Origin: Candidatus Saccharimonadota bacterium
Lineage (GTDB): Bacteria; Patescibacteriota; Saccharimonadia; Saccharimonadales; Saccharimonadaceae
Length of the DNA stretch: 64,000 nt
NCBI GenBank assembly: GCA_905372785.1
Contig: CAJPQG010000002.1
Span: forward strand, 57,166 to 121,165
Direction of reading: 5' to 3'
The first letter of the stretch is position 1. Every line of letters starts with the position of its first letter. The position numbers and the translations under genes are program-made. Under the pieces are notes generated by a model that was given only the letters and a program-made list of their open reading frames with translations, was not told the origin of the DNA and did not search any database. This document shows, one piece after another, positions 46,668 through 53,736 of this stretch.

Positions 46668-47921
46668 CTAAAATCCATCCAAGCTACGACCGCGTCGGCC
46701 AGGGGCCGGCTGCAAATCATGAACGCTGTTTAAGTTACCACGATTTGATCTATTGCTTGGTGCAACTACACCTGATATGGTGCCCGTTTGTGGCTTTTTG
46801 TGGCTTCCTACGGCAGGGTTGTGCATAGTCATTGTTTTATGGCGCTTCTGCGCGCCACTAACAACCCGTTTTTGCACCGTATGAGCCGCTGACATATATC
46901 CTCGATTAGCCCGCTTTTTCATTTTTCCAACACCCCCCACTAGCATATCCTGGGTAGGTTTTGCGGCACGCTTAACCAGTTTCTGCACCCGTACACCGTT
47001 ACTTTGTCGAGGCTTAGCCACGCCCCCAACAGGACTCTTGCTTACTAACGACGCCTGCGGGCGTGGTCGAGTCACCACAGCACGCGATTGTGCAATAGCG
47101 GTAATCTCGCTCATGTCTTCATCTCTAGTATCACGCGCTTCCTGTCGAGCACCACGATACACCGGCTGAGCACGACCAGCAAGCCGAGCCCGACGATTAA
47201 CCCAATACACCCACACAACACCCACTTGATACATCAAAATCATTGGCAATGCGAGCAATACCTGGTTGGTCGGGTCTGCTGTTGGCGACACGACTGCAGC
47301 AATCACAAAAGCCCCTACTAACACCACTTTTTGCCCCTTCATGAGCCCGCCAGGTGGAAATGGTCGCACAAAATTTATCATCAACATAAATAGCGGCACC
47401 TGGAATAATAGCGCACCGATGAGCAAATAGGCCATCACGAAGCTAATATATGACTCCACCGTCAGCATCGGATTAATGTGGTCTAGGTTCATACCTGTCA
47501 AAAATTGCAGCGCTGCTGGCAACGTGACAAAATAGCCAAACAGCACCCCGGCAATCGCCAATAGCACCGAGGCTGTAGTATAACCTACCACTCGCTTATA
47601 GGAAGCTTTACCAACCGCCGGCTGAATAAAACGGTACAAATGGTAAATAATAGCCGGAAATGCACCAATAAGCCCTACATATAAACAAGTTTGCACCACA
47701 AAAGCAAACGCCCCGCCCGGCGTAAGATATACCAGCTCGTGGGCTTTACCAAGTGGGCGCAATAAAATACGAACGATATCGTTAAAAAACGGGTACGCAA
47801 GCGCGCCGGCAAGCAAAAAAAATCCCACCACGACCATTAAGCGCCACTGCAGTTCGCGGGCATGGTCTAAAAAGGTGGGTAACTGATTATTTTGTGCTCT
47901 TCTTGGTTGAGTCATCCTCAT
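46668..47921 (-). CDS. tatC: Twin-arginine translocase subunit TatC with a ~175-aa basic C-terminal extension
   Basis: The N-terminal FLDHARELQWRL motif and six TM helices fill the first ~240 aa. The remainder is an Arg/Lys-rich low-complexity tail. Confidence 0.85.
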   Translation of the reverse strand: MRMTQPRRAQNNQLPTFLDHARELQWRLMVVVGFFLLAGALAYPFFNDIVRILLRPLGKAHELVYLTPGGAFAFVVQTCLYVGLIGAFPAIIYHLYRFIQPAVGKASYKRVVGYTTASVLLAIAGVLFGYFVTLPAALQFLTGMNLDHINPMLTVESYISFVMAYLLIGALLFQVPLFMLMINFVRPFPPGGLMKGQKVVLVGAFVIAAVVSPTADPTNQVLLALPMILMYQVGVVWVYWVNRRARLAGRAQPVYRGARQEARDTRDEDMSEITAIAQSRAVVTRPRPQASLVSKSPVGGVAKPRQSNGVRVQKLVKRAAKPTQDMLVGGVGKMKKRANRGYMSAAHTVQKRVVSGAQKRHKTMTMHNPAVGSHKKPQTGTISGVVAPSNRSNRGNLNSVHDLQPAPGRRGRSLDGF

Positions 47922-48060
47922 CTTCCCGGAAAGCAGTCTTCAGCTCTTTAGCTGACGAACCAATACTCCGAGCAAGCTCTGGCAGCTTCTTTGCGCCAAA
48001 GAGTACAAGCAAAATTACTAGAATTACGACAAGTTCAGGAACGCCGATTGATTGAAACAT
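47887..48060 (-). CDS. tatA: Twin-arginine translocase subunit TatA/E (57 aa; below the ORF-track length cutoff)
   Basis: Hand translation gives MFQSIGVPELVVILVILLVLFGAKKLPELARSIGSSAKELKTAFREDEDDSTKKSTK. This contains the canonical TatA TM helix, the FG hinge and an amphipathic helix. It overlaps the tatC start by 35 nt. Confidence 0.8.
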   Translation of the reverse strand: MFQSIGVPELVVILVILLVLFGAKKLPELARSIGSSAKELKTAFREDEDDSTKKSTK

Positions 48061-48147
48061 AGTTCTCCTTTGATCCCTTTATTTACAGGCTTCTTTTTGT
48101 ATTATATAATTGCGATAGTATTATTGCAACAACAGGAAGGAACTCTA

Positions 48148-48477
48148 ATGACATCATCCCCCGACGTCATGCGGTCCTCATGTGCGCAAACAGGAGCAGC
48201 TTCGTCGTGTGCTACTTCATCCCCTAAAGAGGTGGCCCAGACTCAACAATCAGTTGCTACATCTGCACAAGAGCACTCACATGTTACCCCACAGCAAGCT
48301 ACGCGCACTACTGTAGAATCAACAGTAGCCGTCATCCCCAAGCGCCCAGACGCCATGGGCCGGCTGGCTAGCACTGGCCTAGCGTTGTTACCCGGCTTAC
48401 TCATCGGTGCTGCGTTAGTTATTTCAGGATTATTTATTATCATCAAGCGGCAGCACGGTGCGACACTGGGGCGATAG
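48148..48477 (+). CDS. Small Ser/Thr/Gln-rich protein with a C-terminal LASTG + TM + basic tail
   Basis: An AGGAAGG RBS lies 7 nt before the ATG at 48148. The longer ORF start at 48052 would overlap tatA. The C-terminus reads RLASTGLALLPGLLIGAALVISGLFIIIKRQH. Confidence 0.45.
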   Translation: MTSSPDVMRSSCAQTGAASSCATSSPKEVAQTQQSVATSAQEHSHVTPQQATRTTVESTVAVIPKRPDAMGRLASTGLALLPGLLIGAALVISGLFIIIKRQHGATLGR

Positions 48478-48527
48478 CTAATAAAACAACCGATCTTACA
48501 TATTACGTAGATCGGTTATTTTTACGT

Positions 48528-49037
48528 TTATTTACGTGTCACCTTTACCATGGCGTCTCGGATTGGTAGCCCGTTAAGACGATATCCTGTCTGTAGCTCG
48601 GCTGCAATCACTTCAGTGTCACCTTCTGCATCCTCGTCCATTTGCACTGCTTGGTGCACCGAAGGGTCAAATGGCGTTCCTGCACTAGCAGCAATTTTTT
48701 CCAGCCCAAGCTCTTTGGTTATTTTATCGAGCTGCTTTGTTAGCCCAGTGATGCCTTTTACCCAGGTGTGTCCTGCAATGTCATCTGGCACATGTGTTAT
48801 GGCGCGCTCAACAGTATCTAGCACCGGCAGTAGCGCCTTGGTAGCCTTTTGCTCACCAGCCTGACGAGCCGCAGTCTTCTCTAGTTCCACACGTTTGCGA
48901 TAGTTCTCAAAATCTGCCCGCGTACGCTGCAAATCAGCCGTTAATTCTGCCACCTTGGCATGAAGCGTATCAACTTCTACCGATGGCGACGCGTTATCAT
49001 CCGCTGGAGGGGTTACGGGGTTTTGTTTTTTACTCAT
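48528..49037 (-). CDS. grpE: Nucleotide exchange factor GrpE
   Basis: The RTRADFENYRKR motif is present, and the gene overlaps the hrcA stop by 4 nt. Confidence 0.92.
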   Translation of the reverse strand: MSKKQNPVTPPADDNASPSVEVDTLHAKVAELTADLQRTRADFENYRKRVELEKTAARQAGEQKATKALLPVLDTVERAITHVPDDIAGHTWVKGITGLTKQLDKITKELGLEKIAASAGTPFDPSVHQAVQMDEDAEGDTEVIAAELQTGYRLNGLPIRDAMVKVTRK

Positions 49038-49762
49038 GAACTATGCTCCTCTTTCAATACTTGTTCTAATAATTGGCCGGTGTGATGTACTAGCCGCATA
49101 ACCTTTGCATAACTTTGGCGAGTTGGCCCTAGCACACCAATGTAACTATGATTACTATACGGAGATCGGAACCGACTCACAATCAGGCTTGAACCACTCA
49201 TGCTGCCAATCGGATTTTCCGACCCAATATAGACATTTAACGGCTCATTTAATGATGCTTCACGCAGCCAGGGCTCAATATTATCAAGCAGCCGCGCCAC
49301 AGCTCGCACATGTTCACCCTGGTCAAATTCTGGATGTGAAAACAAATTACCGATGCCATTCATATATAATTCATCACCAATTGTCGCGAGGCCAAGATTT
49401 TGCGTAAGCTCTACCAGGCTATCCACTGCAGCCCGAATGATACGATCGGCGCGATCGCCACGAGCATGCACTCGTGCCTCAATAGCCCGCACGCTACGCT
49501 CACTAATTCGCATCAAATCATGGTCTTTGCTCTGCGTAAGGTAATTAACGTACATGCGGTAACCCTGGTCTGTTGGGATACGGCCGGCACTAGTGTGCGG
49601 CTGCGAAATAAGCCCTTCTTTCTCAAGCCAGGCCATTTCACTACGAATCGTAGCACTAGAAACGCCAAACAGCTTCGCCAGTGTGACGCTTCCCACTGGA
49701 GAGGCTACTTCAGCATATTGCTCTATAATAGCAAACAAAATCGCTCGTCGTCGCTCTGTCAT
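49034..49762 (-). CDS. hrcA: Heat-inducible repressor HrcA (short, ~242 aa)
   Basis: The N-terminal winged helix reads RRRAILFAIIEQYAEVASPVGS..SSATIRSEMAWLEKEGLISQPHTSAGRIPT..GYR. I placed the start at MTERRR. Confidence 0.85.
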   Translation of the reverse strand: MTERRRAILFAIIEQYAEVASPVGSVTLAKLFGVSSATIRSEMAWLEKEGLISQPHTSAGRIPTDQGYRMYVNYLTQSKDHDLMRISERSVRAIEARVHARGDRADRIIRAAVDSLVELTQNLGLATIGDELYMNGIGNLFSHPEFDQGEHVRAVARLLDNIEPWLREASLNEPLNVYIGSENPIGSMSGSSLIVSRFRSPYSNHSYIGVLGPTRQSYAKVMRLVHHTGQLLEQVLKEEHSS

Positions 49763-49782
49763 GGGGCAATTGTAGCACACTT

Positions 49783-49809
49783 TTAGCACTCATGCAATGT
49801 GAGTGCTAA
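49783..49809. promoter_or_regulatory. Perfect consensus CIRCE operator upstream of hrcA-grpE
   Basis: The element is TTAGCACTC-N9-GAGTGCTAA, 21 nt upstream of the hrcA ATG. Confidence 0.9.
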
Positions 49810-49831
49810 CGCCTATGTTCCGCTAGCTCCC

Positions 49832-50548
49832 CTACCCTCGGTGGCGCTGAATCTCTACCAAAATATCACGCGCAGCTAGTCGTGCCTCGTCGTCCTTACG
49901 GGTAAAGAGGTCTGGCTTTGTCGCAATTTTACCAACGACATGTGTGGCCAATTCTAGGTCATCATTAACCACAAAGTGGTAATACGGCACCATCAAGGCG
50001 CGTTCCAGTTCGGTAATCGCGCTGGCCCGTCGCTTTGGCCATTCTGCCAAAAAATCTTCCTCGCTAGCGTATCGCTGCTTTAGCCGCTGCTGCCACGTTA
50101 CAAAGTCTGGCGGCAGCAGAAAAATCGCAACGGTGTGCGGAGCAATTTCCTTATACTCTGCTACTCCTTGCACATCAATGTCCGTGATAGCCACTTTGCC
50201 CAGCTGCTGAGCCTTGGTAAGCTCTGCCACACTAGTGCCATACACCGTACCATGGACATATTTGGCCTCAATAAATGCCTGTTGGTGCAGCATGTCTGTC
50301 ACCTGACTATCGGTAACAAAGTGATAATCCACCCCATCCACCTCTGGCTGGCCATTATTCACCCGAGGCGCGCGAGTAGTGTGTGATACGATATCATAAA
50401 ATCCACCCTGAGCAAGTAATCGTTTTTTAATAGTATCCTTACCAGCACCAGAAATGCCCACTAATAGCACAATCTGCGCCTCTTGCACTAATGTGGTCGT
50501 CGCTTGGCTTGGCGAATACGTATCAATCAATGTTCGTAGCTGGTTCAT
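49832..50548 (-). CDS. gmk: Guanylate kinase-like P-loop kinase
   Basis: Motifs present are GISGAGKDT, SHTTRAPR..GQPEVDGVDYHFV, YGT and ITDIDVQG. Confidence 0.75.
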   Translation of the reverse strand: MNQLRTLIDTYSPSQATTTLVQEAQIVLLVGISGAGKDTIKKRLLAQGGFYDIVSHTTRAPRVNNGQPEVDGVDYHFVTDSQVTDMLHQQAFIEAKYVHGTVYGTSVAELTKAQQLGKVAITDIDVQGVAEYKEIAPHTVAIFLLPPDFVTWQQRLKQRYASEEDFLAEWPKRRASAITELERALMVPYYHFVVNDDLELATHVVGKIATKPDLFTRKDDEARLAARDILVEIQRHRG

Positions 50549-50560
50549 CTGTCTCCTGTC

Positions 50561-51520
50561 TTAATCCCGTTTTAACATCACCGTAAACGCTTCACTCGGG
50601 ATATCCACCTTACCAAAACGTTTCATGCGCTGCTTGCCCTTGGCTTGTTTGGCTAGTAACTTCTTGCGGCGCGATACGTCGCCACCGTACAACTTGGCCG
50701 TTACATCTTTGCGGTAGGCACTAATGTCCTCACGAGCAATAAACTTACCACCGATTGCAGCTTGCAGGCTCACCTGGAAATTCTGGCGTGGCACCACTTC
50801 TTTCAGCTTCTTGACCACATCGCGCCCCAAAGACTGCGCCTCGCTGCGATGACACATGATACTCAGCGCATCAACCATTTCCCCGGCCACATAAAAATCC
50901 ACCCGCACTAAATCTTCCGGCTGATAGCCCTTTAGCTCATAATTAAACGAGCCATAACCACTGGTAACGCTCTTTAGCTGGTCGTAAAAGTCAGTCAATA
51001 AATTGGCAAGCGGCGCTGTAAACGATATCAAAGCGCGCTCGTCGATATAGCTAATATTATTCTGTAGCCCGCGCTTAGCAACGATCAACTGAATAACCGC
51101 CCCAATATATTCTTGCGGCACCACAATCTCACCATTGATCCACGGCTCCCGAATTTGGGTAATTTTTGTAACAGGCGGCAAGTCTGCAGCAGATTTAATG
51201 TCCTGCTCACTGCCGTCCGTCATGGTTACTTTATAGTCGGTGCTTGGGTTCGTCACCACAAGATCAAGATTATACTCACGCTCCAGCCGCTCTCGGATAA
51301 TATCCATGTGCAGTAGGCCCAAAAAGCCAATTCGCACACCAAAACCAAGCACTGGTGAATTCTCTGGCTCAAACTGTAAAGCGCTATCGCTTAAACTAAG
51401 CTTTTCAATCGCGTCTTTCAGGTCTTGATAGTCTTCGTTGCTGACCGGAAAAAACCCAGCGTATACAAATGGCTGAATCTCTTTATACCCTGGCAGCGGC
51501 TCAAGTGGTAATTGTGACAT
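50561..51520 (-). CDS. lepA: C-terminal half of translation factor EF4/LepA (domains III-V and LepA_C) as a stand-alone ORF
   Basis: It starts MSQLPLEPLPGYKEIQPFVYAGFFPV.. and continues through LGFGVRIGFLGLLHMDIIRERLEREY and the C-terminal KLLAKQAKGKQRMK. Confidence 0.85.
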   Translation of the reverse strand: MSQLPLEPLPGYKEIQPFVYAGFFPVSNEDYQDLKDAIEKLSLSDSALQFEPENSPVLGFGVRIGFLGLLHMDIIRERLEREYNLDLVVTNPSTDYKVTMTDGSEQDIKSAADLPPVTKITQIREPWINGEIVVPQEYIGAVIQLIVAKRGLQNNISYIDERALISFTAPLANLLTDFYDQLKSVTSGYGSFNYELKGYQPEDLVRVDFYVAGEMVDALSIMCHRSEAQSLGRDVVKKLKEVVPRQNFQVSLQAAIGGKFIAREDISAYRKDVTAKLYGGDVSRRKKLLAKQAKGKQRMKRFGKVDIPSEAFTVMLKRD

Positions 51521-51682
51521 ATAGCTATACTATAGCGTGTTTTTGTGGGGGTGTACAGGCCGTGGGGTGGCAATCATTTGCGTAGCGCTCTATACTAACA
51601 AGCAGGTGTCCAGAACTTCTGACGTAACCAAAGACCGAACATACCTACCCTATCCATTTACTAGTTTATTTATGTTTGCACA

Positions 51683-52033
51683 ATGAACTCAGATACACTA
51701 ACACCACTATTCAATCAGCGTGACAAGCTTGTACTGGCACGTGAGATTATAGATTTATACTACGATGATCGATCTAACACACAAACCGTGGAGTCACTCA
51801 GTCGCATCTGCTTTACCCTTGCTCGACTATTTGAAACTACAAATGATATACGCACCATATGGGATGACTTATTCGATTTTTTTGACGAAAAATATATGGT
51901 CCTTGCAAGCGGTCAGCAGTGGGATGAGACGCGAGAAGCTCAAATCGATACGTTATTTGAACGATTGCAGCGTGATATATCACATCAGCAGCGCCGCATC
52001 TCTCAGTGCCGCGCCAACGCCACTACACCCTAA
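51683..52033 (+). CDS. Hypothetical 116-aa acidic helical protein (island cargo)
   Basis: The call rests on the ORF alone, with no recognisable motif. Confidence 0.4.
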   Translation: MNSDTLTPLFNQRDKLVLAREIIDLYYDDRSNTQTVESLSRICFTLARLFETTNDIRTIWDDLFDFFDEKYMVLASGQQWDETREAQIDTLFERLQRDISHQQRRISQCRANATTP

Positions 52034-52259
52034 CTCTGCTAGTGGCAATGTATTTTATACATCAACCTTTTGTGGTTTTAGGTAGTTTCTTGTATAATTA
52101 AGTTACTAGCTCACAAAATGCGTGGCGCACAGTTTTTGTCGCAGGCCTGCATCCCGTGGGCTTGGCTGCGTGTACTTTGAGAATATGGTTTTCTTAGTTA
52201 GAGAGAAAGCGTATTTTTCCATTTTGTGACGAGAGATAGAAAGGTTGTGAGTGATCACA

Positions 52260-53294
52260 ATGGGTAAGCGTAAAGAAGAAGTTTCTATTACGAACTTTGA
52301 TGTACTAGATAACATCAACAAACACCGTGATAGCAGCATCCCTCTTTTCTTAACGGCGTTTCGAGATAATAGGTCTCGCATGGGGACCATCGTGAATACG
52401 TCAGCACTCTACAGTGAGAAAGCCAAACTATGGTTTGTTCATCAGCAGTTTACTGAAGTATACCTGAAGTTTATCGAAGCGCATCGTCGCTACTGCAATA
52501 GCCCGTCAGACAATACAGATCCGGTTTTGAAAAAGTTTCTGTCGAAACTTAAGGAGCTTGCCGATCTGGAGTTCAACCAGCAGGTATGGCGATATGCTTG
52601 TTTCGATACTATATACAAGCAAACGCTCTATCTGCTGAATGGTCTCATCGGCGATAACAGCCGTCGAACACTTACTCCTGAAGAGATGGAAAACTACATC
52701 ATGACAGCCAAGGATATCTTGGCATCCGTCTCTAAACCGTTTTCAGAAGACGATATCCAAAAGGCTCTACAGCCAGTCGGCATCTATGGTGACACCACTA
52801 TCAATGTCATTGATGTCTGTCATGACCGAGATATTTGCTGCAAGTTCATCCTGGACAATAATCCTCCAAAAGACTGGAAGGAGCAATACCAGGATAACAA
52901 GGTAGTACAGGTTATTGGTGAAGCCTATGAACGTGGCCGTCCGACTAGCGAGTATATTGCCTGCGCACGAGCAGCACGGGAGCTTATGCTGTGGATCCAT
53001 GGTGTCGGATGCGAATACACCGTGTTCACTCCTCCCGCAGATATTCAGTATATCGACCCTCACGAAATCGGTGACTACGAATTAAGTGTCTCAATGGAAC
53101 TGGCGGATGGCGAACACGAAGTTTACTTCACGTTTAACGACATAGGATACCCGCGCAACAGCGAGGGTGAGTACACTATCGTTGCAGCAGCGCTTAACGT
53201 TCTATTAGCACTAGACAAGGGGTTCTACCAGAAGACACTCGAAAAGGGCCATTACCCTGGGTGCAACCCTCTTGAACTCATCTGTAACCAATAA
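52260..53294 (+). CDS. Hypothetical 344-aa protein (island cargo)
   Basis: It is a clean ORF with an AGAAAGG-type RBS upstream of the ATG at 52260, followed by a strong terminator. No motif is recognisable by eye. Confidence 0.55.
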   Translation: MGKRKEEVSITNFDVLDNINKHRDSSIPLFLTAFRDNRSRMGTIVNTSALYSEKAKLWFVHQQFTEVYLKFIEAHRRYCNSPSDNTDPVLKKFLSKLKELADLEFNQQVWRYACFDTIYKQTLYLLNGLIGDNSRRTLTPEEMENYIMTAKDILASVSKPFSEDDIQKALQPVGIYGDTTINVIDVCHDRDICCKFILDNNPPKDWKEQYQDNKVVQVIGEAYERGRPTSEYIACARAARELMLWIHGVGCEYTVFTPPADIQYIDPHEIGDYELSVSMELADGEHEVYFTFNDIGYPRNSEGEYTIVAAALNVLLALDKGFYQKTLEKGHYPGCNPLELICNQ

Positions 53295-53312
53295 CCATTA
53301 GTAACACAGCCA

Positions 53313-53353
53313 CCCCCCATTCACATTCATCTATGTGGATGGGGGCTTTTTAC
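53313..53353 (+). terminator. Rho-independent terminator after the 344-aa island gene
   Basis: The hairpin is ccccccattcaca..tgtggatggggg, followed by CTTTTTAC. Confidence 0.6.
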
Positions 53354-53416
53354 TTTTGTTATCAATCAGGCTGGCATGATATACTCTGCAGCAAGATCTA
53401 GAAACATAACACCACA

Positions 53417-53450
53417 GAAAAAGCACCTCATACGGAGGTGCTTTTATTTT
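53417..53450. terminator. Bidirectional hairpin terminator after the 89-aa island gene
   Basis: The sequence is AAAAA-gcacctc-atacg-gaggtgc-TTTTATTTT. Confidence 0.6.
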
Positions 53451-53463
53451 GCTGGCTCACCAG

Positions 53464-53733
53464 CTAGTTGACTGGCTTGTAGGTGGCGTGAAAAATATCC
53501 CGTTTAATGGTCCACACTTCGTTGCTGTTGCCGATAATCATATAATCCCCTTCTTCGAATTCGAAGCGACGGCCTTCCAAGGTGTCAATCGTTTTATTAT
53601 CAAAATCAAGACGCTCTTCATGCTCAAACAAATGCTTATTTTCTGGGATTAGCTCGATTGCATATGCCGGAATTGGCAACTTTACATACTGCGGAACACC
53701 AAGTTCTTTACAAATTTCTTTCGTGAGCTTCAT
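53464..53733 (-). CDS. Hypothetical 89-aa protein, possibly PGDYG-family (phage-associated small protein), translationally coupled to the LepA N-half
   Basis: Its ATG lies 3 nt after the LepA N-half stop codon. The C-terminal EGDYMIIGNSNEVWTIKRDIFHATYKPV resembles the PGDYG family signature as I recall it. Confidence 0.5.
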   Translation of the reverse strand: MKLTKEICKELGVPQYVKLPIPAYAIELIPENKHLFEHEERLDFDNKTIDTLEGRRFEFEEGDYMIIGNSNEVWTIKRDIFHATYKPVN

Positions 53734-53736
53734 GCG

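Larger units (their letters stand above)
51521..53736. other. 2.2 kb insertion separating the two halves of lepA; carries three orphan ORFs and two terminators
   Basis: It is bounded by the ATG of the LepA C-half and the stop of the LepA N-half. Hand counts on a few 60-nt lines give roughly 33-47% GC inside, against 50-58% in the flanking lepA sequence. No integrase, transposase or obvious terminal repeats were seen. Confidence 0.6.

Noticed and set aside
51521-53736. I considered whether the lepA interruption is an intein, a group I/II intron or a programmed frameshift.
   Set aside because: The N-half ends in a real stop codon. The intervening 2.2 kb contains ORFs on both strands and two terminators. 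I saw no intein block residues (C/S..HN-C/S/T junctions), no LAGLIDADG/HNH/GIY-YIG motifs and no reverse transcriptase.
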